NCBI GenBank assembly: GCA_024399015.1
Contig: JAKSIC010000002.1
Coordinates: forward strand, 68,732 to 132,731
DNA length: 64,000 nt
Source: Fibrobacter sp.
GTDB taxonomy: Bacteria > Fibrobacterota > Fibrobacteria > Fibrobacterales > Fibrobacteraceae
Direction of reading: 5' to 3'
Made by a program: the position numbers and the translations under genes. The notes under the pieces are model-generated. The model made no database searches. It was not told where the DNA came from and worked only from the letters and a program-made list of their open reading frames with translations. Below, in pieces: positions 28,043-38,080 of the stretch (the first letter of the stretch is position 1; every line of letters starts with the position of its first letter).

Positions 28043-28348
28043 CTATTTCTTTTGAGAAGTTTCTGCCTTCTTTTGCTTTTCGGCTTCGTCAGCAACTTTT
28101 CCCAGCTGGGCAGCCAATTTTCTGGTTTCTTCCAGTTCATCAAAGGCACTCACCGCAGGGCCCTGGCCTTCGGCATCACTACGAGAATTGAAAAACATAG
28201 CCAGCAGGAAGAACACCAAAATGTAAAGGCCCATGGCCGCCACAACACCAAGCAATTCGGAACCGCTAATAGCAGCGGTTTTAACGTAAGCCACAATGGA
28301 CAGGGGAACTGCCAGCATCAACAAAAAAGCAGGGAGTTTTTTCTTCAT
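28043..28348 (-). CDS. Small hypothetical membrane protein (two TM helices, charged tail)
   Basis: 101 aa with two hydrophobic segments; fills the gap before a terminator. Confidence 0.7.
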   Translation of the reverse strand: MKKKLPAFLLMLAVPLSIVAYVKTAAISGSELLGVVAAMGLYILVFFLLAMFFNSRSDAEGQGPAVSAFDELEETRKLAAQLGKVADEAEKQKKAETSQKK

Positions 28349-28369
28349 GGCTCAAAAATACAAAAAATC

Positions 28370-30535
28370 CTAGCGGGGTCCGGCCTGCTGCTTGATTTTC
28401 CATGCAAGGGAAGCATCGGCAGCCTCAGCCTTATATTCATACTCAGGCTTGTAGCCTCTGGCTTCGCCTACAGCATCCTTGCCACCACCGGCATACCAGT
28501 TGTCTACCATCTTCACAAAGCCAACTGTGGTATCAATGGGAGCGTCGCCATCCCAAAGGCGATAGAGGGAAACAGCGTTGTCCTTATTGAAAACATTCTT
28601 CTCAATGTAGCAACGGGCTGAGTCTGTGCATTCCACACCATAATGGTCAACATCCATAAAGAAGTTGTTGTAGGCATGAAGCTTTCCTCCGCGAGCAAAC
28701 ACTCCAGATACGCTCATATTGGCAAAGTAGTTGTGATGCATTGTCAAGGTCTGATCGGTTTCCTTGAACAAATCCGGTTCAAGACCAAACAGAACACCTG
28801 TATTAGCATTTTCAAAACGAGACCAGGAAATGGTAACGTCAAAAGAGTTGCGCTTCATGTCCACTTGATAAATGGGATATTCATCAAAGGTGCAATGATC
28901 AATCCAAATTTTGTTTGTAATATTATGCAAGGAAACGGCCCTGTGCATGCTAGAATCCTTTTCATAAACAGAGGGTGCATTGAAAGTGATGTTTTCGAAA
29001 ATCACTTCTGTAGTTCCATCCGTCATGATTCCCGTTCCAGTAATCTGGACATCGCGACCGCGGCCATCAAAAGTCTTGTAAGATGTAATGCGGAGAGGAG
29101 AGCCCAAATGGTACACACCGCTCTTTTCAAACAGGATCCATGCGGCAGTATCACGCATAGCGCAGTCACGCAAGGAGCCCGGGGCAATGATTACCTTAGT
29201 GCCAATGTTACCCAAGGAATCTACAGCAGTAGAATCATCAACAACAATGTAATCTTCCATCGTTGTTACGCGGCAAATAATGCCATCTGCGCCACCGCGA
29301 ATTCCAGCAACGTAGCCTTCTGCTGAAGCAATCAAGGCGTCGTGAGCAGACCAGTCTTCGGAATAAACAGTATAGTTCTGATTCTTGGAAGCAACATTCT
29401 TCAAAGTGGATTCGTCGATGCCACCCAAAGTCACATCATCAAGGAACAATGTGTCGCCATCCACCATCTGGAAATCAATTCGACTAATCTTAATATTCTT
29501 ACCGTCGGCCTTGCCATAGGGTTTCATATCGTCTACTGCAATAGAGAAACCCTTCCACACTTTCTTCAATTCAACTTCAGTTTCGTAGCCACCTTCGGTA
29601 GAATCGCCGAAGCCGCCAAAGGATACGGCAACTCGCAAAGTTCCGTTACCGCGGGCAGAGAACATGAGTGAATCAAGTCCCGGCAGAACGTAGGCAGAAT
29701 CAGCATTACCCAAAAGGAAACCAAGACGCTTCTCAGTACGGGCGCAGCCACCAGAAGCACAGCCGTCGCTACCGGAGTACTTGCGAGTAAGAGACTTGTC
29801 CCAAAGGGGCAAAACGTTTTCGCCATCAGCATCCAGTGAGTACCACCAGCCGTCGCCAAGGAATTCGCCAGTAGAGGAAATGCCGGTGAAGCGTTCAAAG
29901 TCTTCCACCACAAAGCCGCGGACCTTGCCCAAGCTTACTTCGGGAACTTCGTCGCCAGCAGTGGCGGACAACTTAATGGTTCCGCGATTAGAAAGGCTTG
30001 CAATCTGCAAGTCGAAACTACCTGCAGGGAGCGAGTCAATCACAAAGTAGCCAGCACTATCCGGAACCACATAACGATCCAAACCAGCAATACGAATTAC
30101 AGAGGGGCCCTGACCTGCAGCAACACGGCCCTGAATCGTAGTCAGTTCACCAAGTTTCACTTCATTGGACAAATCAGTCTTGGAGTCCAGCGTTACGTAG
30201 GTAACGGCACCTTCCGCATTTTCGCCCGTCGTGTTGCGAGCTTCAATGGTATAGGATCCGTTGGAAACCTTTTCAAACTTGACTTTGCCCTTGTCATCGG
30301 AAACAGTCCATTCTGCGTCAGTCAGACCATCAGCCAAGAAGTCTTCGGACAGCATACGAACACGAGTCTTTGCTGCGGGAGAACCATCTGCCAAACGAAT
30401 CTGCAAGGCGATGGTAGATTCAGCTTCGGTACCGCCGGCAGTCTGCGGATCAGGGCTACAGCCCGTCAACCAAGCGCTAGACAGCATCCCTACGGACAAA
30501 GTCGTCAAAAGCTTAGATGAAAATTTAAACATCAT
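28370..30535 (-). CDS. Lipoprotein: carboxypeptidase-regulatory-like Ig domains + CBM11-like domain + PL1 pectate-lyase fold, apparently inactive
   Basis: Lipobox LTGC then AGGTEAES; VVEDFE...FLDDVTL jelly-roll; GSLRDC, KTFDGRG, IWIDHCTF, HAYNNFF are PL1 motifs, but RxPxxR reads SGVFAR. Confidence 0.8.
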   Translation of the reverse strand: MMFKFSSKLLTTLSVGMLSSAWLTGCSPDPQTAGGTEAESTIALQIRLADGSPAAKTRVRMLSEDFLADGLTDAEWTVSDDKGKVKFEKVSNGSYTIEARNTTGENAEGAVTYVTLDSKTDLSNEVKLGELTTIQGRVAAGQGPSVIRIAGLDRYVVPDSAGYFVIDSLPAGSFDLQIASLSNRGTIKLSATAGDEVPEVSLGKVRGFVVEDFERFTGISSTGEFLGDGWWYSLDADGENVLPLWDKSLTRKYSGSDGCASGGCARTEKRLGFLLGNADSAYVLPGLDSLMFSARGNGTLRVAVSFGGFGDSTEGGYETEVELKKVWKGFSIAVDDMKPYGKADGKNIKISRIDFQMVDGDTLFLDDVTLGGIDESTLKNVASKNQNYTVYSEDWSAHDALIASAEGYVAGIRGGADGIICRVTTMEDYIVVDDSTAVDSLGNIGTKVIIAPGSLRDCAMRDTAAWILFEKSGVYHLGSPLRITSYKTFDGRGRDVQITGTGIMTDGTTEVIFENITFNAPSVYEKDSSMHRAVSLHNITNKIWIDHCTFDEYPIYQVDMKRNSFDVTISWSRFENANTGVLFGLEPDLFKETDQTLTMHHNYFANMSVSGVFARGGKLHAYNNFFMDVDHYGVECTDSARCYIEKNVFNKDNAVSLYRLWDGDAPIDTTVGFVKMVDNWYAGGGKDAVGEARGYKPEYEYKAEAADASLAWKIKQQAGPR

Positions 30536-31445
30536 CGTCCCCTTCTACATCACCATTTTCACTAGAGGCATTCTCGATTGTTTCCATTCCGCGGATACGG
30601 CGTTTGCGGCCGCGTCGCTGCGGAGGAGGATAAGGATCAGACAGAGGGAACAACTGCATTCCCAGCTGGAAAACTCGATTGGGTTTCTGGCACTGTCCTA
30701 CCTTAGCCAAAATTTCACGACGGAAACGGCGGACCATTTCCACCAATTCCTTATATGTATCTTCGTCACAGCCAAATGCAAGCGTAGACAAGTTGCGTTC
30801 TTCACGACTGAAACGGTCCATGGCATCTTGAGCCACGGTCAAATTCTGCTGGATGTAAGAATTCACAGCGGTGCTGTAGGATTCACTTCCGCTGGAAATC
30901 AAGCCCTGAGTCTGTTCGTAAAAACCGGTCTGCTCATTCTTCTTGATCATAGAAAGACGTTCAAGAAGTGCGATAGAGGATTTCACCTGGCTTGCAGAAA
31001 TAGGCGGACGCACCATCAAACCGAGGGCAGCATCGTCACCCACATAAGGATAAAAAGTGACCAGTTCACGAATGACCGCATGGTACCAGTTGTCGAAATA
31101 TTCAAACTGGTCCTTGGCCACATCTTCAACCTTGCATTCCTTGGTAGCAACAAGCTTTTCAAGGAACTGACGGCTTTCAGAATGGTTCTTTGCCTGGTTG
31201 AAAGCAACCATGTCGGCAAAGTATTTCTTTTCACGTTCATCCTTACAGAAAATATCAGCAAAAACAGAAACCAGACGAGAAGTCAGGTTACGCTTACCCT
31301 GCAAGATTTTATTGAACATGGAAGCATCGAAGCCAGCCTTTTCAGCAATAAAGCGGTGGCTAAAACGCCAGTCACCGGCATGACGTTCTTCGTATGCGTC
31401 CTTCAAAAAATCGCGGTAATTCAAATATTCAAAAAGATTGATCAT
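30525..31445 (-). CDS. TIGR02147 family protein (N-terminal HTH, DUF4423-like C-terminus)
   Basis: NLFEYLNYRDFLKD, FSHRFIAEKAG, ILQGKRNL, YFDNWYHAVIREL, VFQLGMQLFPLS; 11-bp overlap with the lipoprotein gene. Confidence 0.92.
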   Translation of the reverse strand: MINLFEYLNYRDFLKDAYEERHAGDWRFSHRFIAEKAGFDASMFNKILQGKRNLTSRLVSVFADIFCKDEREKKYFADMVAFNQAKNHSESRQFLEKLVATKECKVEDVAKDQFEYFDNWYHAVIRELVTFYPYVGDDAALGLMVRPPISASQVKSSIALLERLSMIKKNEQTGFYEQTQGLISSGSESYSTAVNSYIQQNLTVAQDAMDRFSREERNLSTLAFGCDEDTYKELVEMVRRFRREILAKVGQCQKPNRVFQLGMQLFPLSDPYPPPQRRGRKRRIRGMETIENASSENGDVEGDDDV

Positions 31446-31451
31446 GGAAAC

Positions 31452-31528
31452 GTAGACTTTTTATTTTGTTTTTCCATCATTTAATATAACAAAAAGTCTA
31501 CACTTTGAGCAAATTTTTGTCCACACTC
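31452..31528 (-). promoter_or_regulatory. Promoter/operator region of the TIGR02147 gene
   Basis: -10 TATATT (31483-31488, minus) bracketed by a perfect 11-bp inverted repeat GTAGACTTTTT (31452-31462) / AAAAAGTCTAC (31491-31501); extra GTCCACACTC 31519-31528. Confidence 0.65.
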
Positions 31529-31559
31529 TGTGTAAGATGTGTGTTTAGTCATACAACAG

Positions 31560-31584
31560 AAAAAGGCCCGGCAAAAGCCGGACC
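31560..31584 (-). terminator. Intrinsic terminator after the CE12 gene
   Basis: Minus strand GGTCCGGC-TTTT-GCCGGGCC-TTTTT. Confidence 0.7.
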
Positions 31585-31606
31585 CTCTTCGATGGAAAAA
31601 GTTGTT

Positions 31607-33364
31607 TTACTTTGTTTTGAAATACTTGCCGGGAGCCATCTTGCGACCAGAAACGGTACGGCCCAGAAGGTTCACGGTACGGTTCTGATTCAAGAGCACC
31701 GAACGAGAATCCATTCTCTTTCCGATAGATTCCGTGGAGGAACTGGAACTAGCCGGTTCCACCACAGGTTCCGCGCCGATACGGTAAACGTCCTTGATGT
31801 CAAAGCCAACCACGTCAATATTGGGGCCACCGTCAGAAGTCAACGAGGTAAACTTCAAGTCAAAATCACAGGCATCCAGCCAGACATCATCCACATAAAC
31901 GGTATCCCATGTATCCCAGGAACCGCTAGGCTTAAATTCCACTTCGTAGGTCTTGGCATCCACCTGCACGCTCATCTTGCTTGTCGTTGTCTTACCGTTG
32001 CAGTAGCGAATGAACATACGCGCATTAGATGCGGACTGGTAGGATGTCATCTTGTAAGTACCATAGGAGCTTACGGAATTATCAAAATTGAAGAAACCCT
32101 TTCCTACAAAACCCAAATGGTTGGATTCAGTCCATCCCGCAGGACCAAACTCATCAGGATAGGACATATCGCTTACGCTGGGCCAAGCGTCCGTTCCCTT
32201 AAGAATTTCAAACTTGACGACTTCGCTGATGCTGGAAGAAGATGCGGGAGTTTCGCTGGAACTGGAACCTGCAACGGGAACGTTTTCGCTTCCGTGATTT
32301 GTAGTCACGCACTGGGCACCACCTTCAAACATCGCAGTATAGGTAATATCGCGGTAAGGCATTTTCACCTTGTAGTAGTTGGAATCCGCAGTCACCTTCT
32401 TGCAGTCATCATCGGCCCAATACTGGAAACGCTTACCAAAACTACCCGGAGAAACATGAAGATTCAAAGCAGCGCCACCCGGCAAATTCTGATTGTGGGT
32501 AATAAGGCCACTTCCAGCAACATTGGCCTTTACCGTCAGTTTATACGTGGGAGCAATAGCGCCAACCAATGTGGTCAAGGCAGCCTTTTCAGAAGAATTC
32601 ACGCTGGAATTATTCAGATTTTCACGAAGGCCTTCCGTAATCAACTGGGCATGAACCACAGAACCAGATTCCTGGAAATGGGTTGTACCGTCGTTTGTTA
32701 CACCACCTGCATAGTTGGGATATTCACCCGGCAGGAACATCTTGAAAATGTAGCGGGAAATATAGGCAGAGCTGATCTGCTTATACAAGTTATAGGTCTT
32801 GGTAGTCAAGTCAATAAACGGGACACCGTTCTTCTTTGCAACACTTGCAATCACATCCTTCACAGGGTATTCCTTGCCCTTATGGGATGCATCGGTCATG
32901 TTGTTATCAAACACGTTACGAGGATAAGTGTTCAACATCAACGGGCTCATCAAAACAATGTGAGCATTCTTTCTCTTGGCTCCATCCACATATTTCTGGA
33001 ACCAATATTCACTAGAATCAATGGGAACATAGCGATCAGCCTTGGAATAGTCTCGGTCATTGGTTCCCAACTGAACAAAGATGTAATCCCCCGGCTGGGT
33101 AGCATTCAGAACTGCATCCAAGCGGCCATCATTCACAAAGGACTTGGAGCTACGGCCACCAATGGCGTAGTTAATCACCTTCACTCGAGACTGATCAAAG
33201 AAAGGTGCAATCACCTGGCCCCAACCAGTTTGAGGATAAGCACTTTCCTTGTAATCGCAAACGGTGGAGTCACCAATCACATGGATCGTGAAAGAAGTAG
33301 TATCGCTAACGGCAACGCTGGTGAACAAGGCAGCGACAGCAAAATATTTCAGAATAGTTTTCAT
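31607..33364 (-). CDS. Rhamnogalacturonan acetylesterase (CE12, SGNH) + linker + CBM35 + short basic tail
   Basis: VIGDSTV, GWGQV, NYAIGGRSSKSF, QLGTND, THF; CBM35 GFVGKGFFNFDN..GGPNIDVV; start set at ATG 33364 after GGAG. Confidence 0.88.
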   Translation of the reverse strand: MKTILKYFAVAALFTSVAVSDTTSFTIHVIGDSTVCDYKESAYPQTGWGQVIAPFFDQSRVKVINYAIGGRSSKSFVNDGRLDAVLNATQPGDYIFVQLGTNDRDYSKADRYVPIDSSEYWFQKYVDGAKRKNAHIVLMSPLMLNTYPRNVFDNNMTDASHKGKEYPVKDVIASVAKKNGVPFIDLTTKTYNLYKQISSAYISRYIFKMFLPGEYPNYAGGVTNDGTTHFQESGSVVHAQLITEGLRENLNNSSVNSSEKAALTTLVGAIAPTYKLTVKANVAGSGLITHNQNLPGGAALNLHVSPGSFGKRFQYWADDDCKKVTADSNYYKVKMPYRDITYTAMFEGGAQCVTTNHGSENVPVAGSSSSETPASSSSISEVVKFEILKGTDAWPSVSDMSYPDEFGPAGWTESNHLGFVGKGFFNFDNSVSSYGTYKMTSYQSASNARMFIRYCNGKTTTSKMSVQVDAKTYEVEFKPSGSWDTWDTVYVDDVWLDACDFDLKFTSLTSDGGPNIDVVGFDIKDVYRIGAEPVVEPASSSSSTESIGKRMDSRSVLLNQNRTVNLLGRTVSGRKMAPGKYFKTK

Positions 33365-33374
33365 TACTCCTACC

Positions 33375-35261
33375 CTACTTTGTCTTTGCAATCTTCTGAT
33401 GCATCACCTTGGAACCCTTGCGGATTACAACATGATAAAGTCCAGAAGTCTTCACCATTTCATTCAATTCTACAGAAGAAATACGATCACCCACAACCAT
33501 TTCACGTTTTGCCACAAGCTTACCGCGCATATCAAACACGCTCACGGAAGCATTGCTCAAAGTATTCAAATAAAGATTTCTGTTGTGAATGGCCTGAAGA
33601 TTAGCGATAGAATCCAAAGAATCCTTTTCTGCCTTTTCTTTTGCGATAACGGCATTAACGCAGGCGGTATCGCTTGCTCGGCAAACATCATCAATGCTGA
33701 AGCCGAAGACGTCAATATTGGGAGCACCGTCACTGGTGAGAGACATAAACTTCAAATCAGCTTCACCAAGAGGAGCATCCATAACAACGTAAGCGGTGTC
33801 CCACTTGTCCCAGCCACCGGTGGGAGGAGCGCTTACATAGTAATCGTGATCCAAGTAGGCATTGAACATACGGTCGGTAGTTCCGCCATTTGCATAGCGA
33901 ACTGCCAAAGTGGTATAGCCCGCACCAGGGAAGTTCACCTTATACGTTGCAAAAGACTTATTCGAATTGTCAAAATTATAGAAACCTTCACCTGTAAATC
34001 CAGCGTTATTGCTTTCGGTCCAACCAACGCCCTGATCATCGGGTTTAGCAGCATCAAAGAATTTCTTGATATCCTTGTCAACGGCAACAGAAGTTTCCGT
34101 TGTGCCGCCAATGGGGGTAAAGGGTTCAAAGGTAACATCGGCGAGGCTCTTAGGAGTGGTAGTAGGGAAAGCAGTTAATGCCTTGCCATCACCAGTGTAC
34201 TTTTGAGCGGTACCACCTTCATAAACAGCGGTATACTGCGTAGACTTATTACCCATCTTAAAGGTGTAAATGTACGGAGACTTCACCGTAGAAATTGCGT
34301 TGCCGGAAACCTTATTTCCGTTACCGTCATACCAGCCCAGGAATTTCTTTCCACTCTTGGGAATGGTCTTCAGCATTACGGTCATGCCTTCGGGATAGTA
34401 GGCTCCGATAGAAGTTGCTTCTGCAGCACCTTCGGGAGAAACCTTTACATCCACCTGGTACATGGGAGCCATGTAGTCACCCAATTTCTTGACCATGGGG
34501 TCCTTATGGGCACGCATCTGTTCCGTAATGATTCGGCCAAAGGCGTTTGCACCATTCATCTGCAGATGAACCTGGTCAGCCTGGTCACTGCCCAGGTTAC
34601 TGTATTCATCCCTGGTGGCATAGTTAAAGATAAACTGAGCGGCATACCGTTCACCCACAGAAATCATGTAGTTAGCCACCATTTCACTCATGTCAATAAA
34701 CGGAACATTCAATTCTTCGGACAACTTTTGGTTCAAGGCAGGATAACCACGATAACTATTATGGATTGCGGTCGGAGAATCGTAGTAGAGACGGCGAATA
34801 GGGCTCATAATGATGGGATAGGCGCCCTTAGCCTTGGCTTCTGCCACCAGCTTTCTCATGTTGGAAGCAAAGAAATCCTCGGTACTGTAGCTAACGTCGT
34901 TAATACCAAATTGGATCACCACATAGTCGCCAGCCTGAACCTTATCAGCAATACAATTGCTGCCGGAAGTACAGCCATGTTTCCAGAACATGTCGTAGTA
35001 ACCCACAGCAGTATTTCCCTTCTTGTCGAGGCCACCACCACCAAGGGACATACCGCCCTGACCGCGATTTACAACGACAGCCTTATTGAACCAGAAATGG
35101 AAATCCTGGCCCTGGCCCTGCTTAGGGTAATAACCGGAGGCCCAGTCCTGCATGGTGGAATCACCAAGCATGTAGATGGTTACTCCTGCGTAGGTAGCCG
35201 GAGCCACAAGCAAAGATCCTGCGACAACGCCCTGCCAAATTTTGCTAAACAATTTGTTCAT
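33375..35261 (-). CDS. CE12-like SGNH esterase + CBM35 + C-terminal sorting domain
   Basis: MLGDSTM, QFGIND, DQVHL; CBM35 GFTGEGFYNFDN..VRYANGG..DGAPNIDVF; start set at ATG 35261. Confidence 0.88.
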   Translation of the reverse strand: MNKLFSKIWQGVVAGSLLVAPATYAGVTIYMLGDSTMQDWASGYYPKQGQGQDFHFWFNKAVVVNRGQGGMSLGGGGLDKKGNTAVGYYDMFWKHGCTSGSNCIADKVQAGDYVVIQFGINDVSYSTEDFFASNMRKLVAEAKAKGAYPIIMSPIRRLYYDSPTAIHNSYRGYPALNQKLSEELNVPFIDMSEMVANYMISVGERYAAQFIFNYATRDEYSNLGSDQADQVHLQMNGANAFGRIITEQMRAHKDPMVKKLGDYMAPMYQVDVKVSPEGAAEATSIGAYYPEGMTVMLKTIPKSGKKFLGWYDGNGNKVSGNAISTVKSPYIYTFKMGNKSTQYTAVYEGGTAQKYTGDGKALTAFPTTTPKSLADVTFEPFTPIGGTTETSVAVDKDIKKFFDAAKPDDQGVGWTESNNAGFTGEGFYNFDNSNKSFATYKVNFPGAGYTTLAVRYANGGTTDRMFNAYLDHDYYVSAPPTGGWDKWDTAYVVMDAPLGEADLKFMSLTSDGAPNIDVFGFSIDDVCRASDTACVNAVIAKEKAEKDSLDSIANLQAIHNRNLYLNTLSNASVSVFDMRGKLVAKREMVVGDRISSVELNEMVKTSGLYHVVIRKGSKVMHQKIAKTK

Positions 35262-35283
35262 ACCCAAAGACTCCAACCCTTTT

Positions 35284-37908
35284 TTACTTTACAGCAAACA
35301 CACTCTTCGCAACTGCCAAACCGTTGACCTTAACAACCACAATGTACTGGCCCTTAGTAAGCATTTCGCGATCAATACGAACGTCGTTCAAGCCTGCAGC
35401 CACATTCTTGTAAATACTACCCACAATATGGCCACGCACGTCATAAACCAAAACTTCAGCATCGCCACTCATGTTCGTGCGAAGAACACCAGTCACCGGA
35501 TTGTAAGAGTTCGTTCCGAGAACAACCGGAGCAAGAATTGCCTGGGTAGGAACCTTCTGGTCAGCAAAGATTTCAACACCGTCCATGGCGAAAGTAAAAT
35601 GGTCCACATTGGGGCCGCCATCGGAAGTCATGGAAGTAAGTTTGATTGTATTCTTGCCAGCCTTCAAGGCAATATCCACAGTAACTTCCTTATAAGTGGT
35701 CCAGCCAGTTGCAGCAAATTCAACAACACCCGCAGACTTTCCGTTCACAGAGAGAGCCATATTACGGTTTGCCGTACCACCGTTAGCAAAGCGGATAGTC
35801 AAAGTTGTCTTTGCATCGCTGGGAGAGAAGATTTCCCATACACCGTAACTGGAAATAGAATTTGCAAAATTGAAGAAACCATCCTGTTCGAAGCCCGCAT
35901 TATCGGTCTGGCATACAAAGCCATCAAATTCTACAGGCTTACAAATTTCCAAGGAAGACTTACCGTCCTTAACGACAGGATAATCTTCTGTTTCATCAGG
36001 AACAGACACGATAGGCTCGCCCACCACCTGAATTTCAGGTTGCTTCAAGTTCTTGACCATATCTGGCAGGTAGTAACCGAGGTGCGGCGGCTGGTTGTAG
36101 GCAGTGTTCTGCCAGGCGATTGCAGTGCGGTAAACCGGATCGTGCATCAGGGTGTATACGCGATGAGGAGAGGTCACCGGAGTAGACACAATGAACAAGG
36201 TGGTAGGATCGCCATCCTTACGGAGCACCATTTCTTCGCGCCAGTCGCCGAAGAGGTCAGCCACCAGGGACGGGGTATTCTTGGTGCCGTTGCAGCCGGC
36301 AGCCTTCAAAGCGACAGGACCATCGAAATAGACATTCGACTGCTTTGCTGCGGGATCGTACTTGGACACATAACCGCCATCCAGCAGTTCGTCGTATGCA
36401 TCGCCATCGAAGTAGATACGGAAATTCATGGCCAAGGCGGGAGTTCCAAGGAATTCACCCTTGATGGAGTGAAGTCCACCACCCTTGGAAGACCAGAATT
36501 CATAGCCGCGGTGAGTGGAGTCGATATCGGCAGCAATACCACGGCCGTTATCCTTACCACCCTGAGGGCTACAGTAAAGAATCTTTCCGTCCTTATCACG
36601 AAGATCATCGGTACATTCTGCGTTAGTATGTTCCTGAACTCCGAAGAATTCAAGGCCCGGACGATCCGGATCCAGGTCGCCCAAGTGGCCAGCGTCACCA
36701 TGGCCAAGGCCAGTGCGGTAGCGCAAGGTACCATCGTGATTCAGGGATGCAGCACCAAAGACAATTTCATCGTAGCCGTCGCCATCGATATCGCCGGTAG
36801 TAATGTTGTGGTTACCTTCTTCGTAAAGGCCCTGGCCCGGATTTTCAGACTTATGGAACCAACGCTGCTTTAGAGTGGTTCCGTCAAAGTCGTAGGCCAC
36901 AACGTATGAGGAAGAGTAATAACCGCGGATAAAGATTGCACTGGGATGCACACCATCAAGATAAGCGGTTGCAGCAATGTAACGTTCAGAACGGTTACCG
37001 TAGTTATCGCCCCAGTAGCCAGCTCCATTCTTGCCCTTTTCGGACTTCAGGATATTACGGGGAGGAACAAAGTCGATTGTCGTAATGGCAGAACCGTCTA
37101 CACCGCGGAAAACAGTCAGGAATTCGTTTCCGGTAAGAACTAAGCCGTTGCCATCGCGATAAACCTTGGACTTGTCGCCAATGGCCTTGCCCTTGCCGTC
37201 GATAGAACCATCGGAAGTCTTCACAATCATTTCAGCCTTGCCGTCGCCATCGTAGTCAAAGACCTGGAACTGGGTGTAATGAGCGCCCGCACGGATGTTC
37301 GGGCCAAGGTCAATGCGCCACAGACGGGTACCATCCAGCTTATAGGCGTCAATAAACACGGTGCCCGTATAGCCGGTCTGGGAGTTATCGTGGGCGTTGG
37401 AAGGATCCCACTTCAGGATAATTTCGTATTCGCCGTCACCATCCAGGTCGGCAGCGCTTGCGTCGTTAGGAGTGTAAGTGCAAACTTCGCCATCGGGCAT
37501 GGTCTGATTTGCAGGAGGCTGCAGCTTGATAGTCTTGAAAGGAACTGAACGACCCGTATTTTCGACAGTCTGGTCCAAAACCACGGAAACACCTGATTTT
37601 GAGCCTTCCTTACCGTCTACAACGGCGGCAATTTCATACTTGGAGGACACCTTGCCAGACTTGTCCAAGAAATTTGTACCTTCAGAACCCTTGATAGATG
37701 CAACTTTGGAACCGTCGCGATAAAGATTGAATTCGGTAGCGGGGTCATCTGTACCCAGCAGACGCCAGCTTACCAAAACACCAGAACCCACGTTGGACGC
37801 CACCAGACCGCGAGTCAAGTTTTCCATCTGTTTCGGAGCAGCATTCGCTGCGGAGCTCACACCCAAAATTGTTGCACCAGCCAAAAGAATCTTAAGATAC
37901 TGTTTCAT
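35284..37908 (-). CDS. Rhamnogalacturonan lyase (PL11, YesW-like) + CBM35 + C-terminal sorting domain
   Basis: QMENLTRGLVA, VSWRLLGTD, YTPNDASAADLDGDGEYE, NIRAGAHYTQF, HGDAGH, ADLFGDWREE, YNQPPH. Confidence 0.93.
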   Translation of the reverse strand: MKQYLKILLAGATILGVSSAANAAPKQMENLTRGLVASNVGSGVLVSWRLLGTDDPATEFNLYRDGSKVASIKGSEGTNFLDKSGKVSSKYEIAAVVDGKEGSKSGVSVVLDQTVENTGRSVPFKTIKLQPPANQTMPDGEVCTYTPNDASAADLDGDGEYEIILKWDPSNAHDNSQTGYTGTVFIDAYKLDGTRLWRIDLGPNIRAGAHYTQFQVFDYDGDGKAEMIVKTSDGSIDGKGKAIGDKSKVYRDGNGLVLTGNEFLTVFRGVDGSAITTIDFVPPRNILKSEKGKNGAGYWGDNYGNRSERYIAATAYLDGVHPSAIFIRGYYSSSYVVAYDFDGTTLKQRWFHKSENPGQGLYEEGNHNITTGDIDGDGYDEIVFGAASLNHDGTLRYRTGLGHGDAGHLGDLDPDRPGLEFFGVQEHTNAECTDDLRDKDGKILYCSPQGGKDNGRGIAADIDSTHRGYEFWSSKGGGLHSIKGEFLGTPALAMNFRIYFDGDAYDELLDGGYVSKYDPAAKQSNVYFDGPVALKAAGCNGTKNTPSLVADLFGDWREEMVLRKDGDPTTLFIVSTPVTSPHRVYTLMHDPVYRTAIAWQNTAYNQPPHLGYYLPDMVKNLKQPEIQVVGEPIVSVPDETEDYPVVKDGKSSLEICKPVEFDGFVCQTDNAGFEQDGFFNFANSISSYGVWEIFSPSDAKTTLTIRFANGGTANRNMALSVNGKSAGVVEFAATGWTTYKEVTVDIALKAGKNTIKLTSMTSDGGPNVDHFTFAMDGVEIFADQKVPTQAILAPVVLGTNSYNPVTGVLRTNMSGDAEVLVYDVRGHIVGSIYKNVAAGLNDVRIDREMLTKGQYIVVVKVNGLAVAKSVFAVK

Positions 37909-37929
37909 AAGAACACTCCTACATCAACT

Positions 37930-37962
37930 GTAGACAAATATATCCAAATAATGTCCACACTT
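37930..37962 (-). promoter_or_regulatory. Promoter/operator of the PL11-CE12-CE12 operon
   Basis: -10 TATATT (37937-37942, minus) between GTAGAC (37930-37935) and GTCCACACTT (37953-37962). Confidence 0.55.
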
Positions 37963-38027
37963 CTCGTAAAAAAAGGAGACCTTATGGATAAAAAGTCCAT
38001 GAAGAATCCACCCCCGTTTATTATCCC

Positions 38028-38072
38028 AAAAAAGCCTTTCCCGCTAAAAAGTTCTGTTCTTAGGGGAAAGGC
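38028..38072 (-). terminator. Intrinsic terminator after the upstream PL11 gene
   Basis: GCCTTTCCC (38034-38042) / GGGAAAGGC (38064-38072) stem, U-run on the minus strand. Confidence 0.6.
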
Positions 38073-38080
38073 ATCAAGTT

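Noticed and set aside
27893-28621. 242-aa plus-strand ORF
   Set aside because: Overlaps three minus-strand genes and a terminator; no recognisable features.
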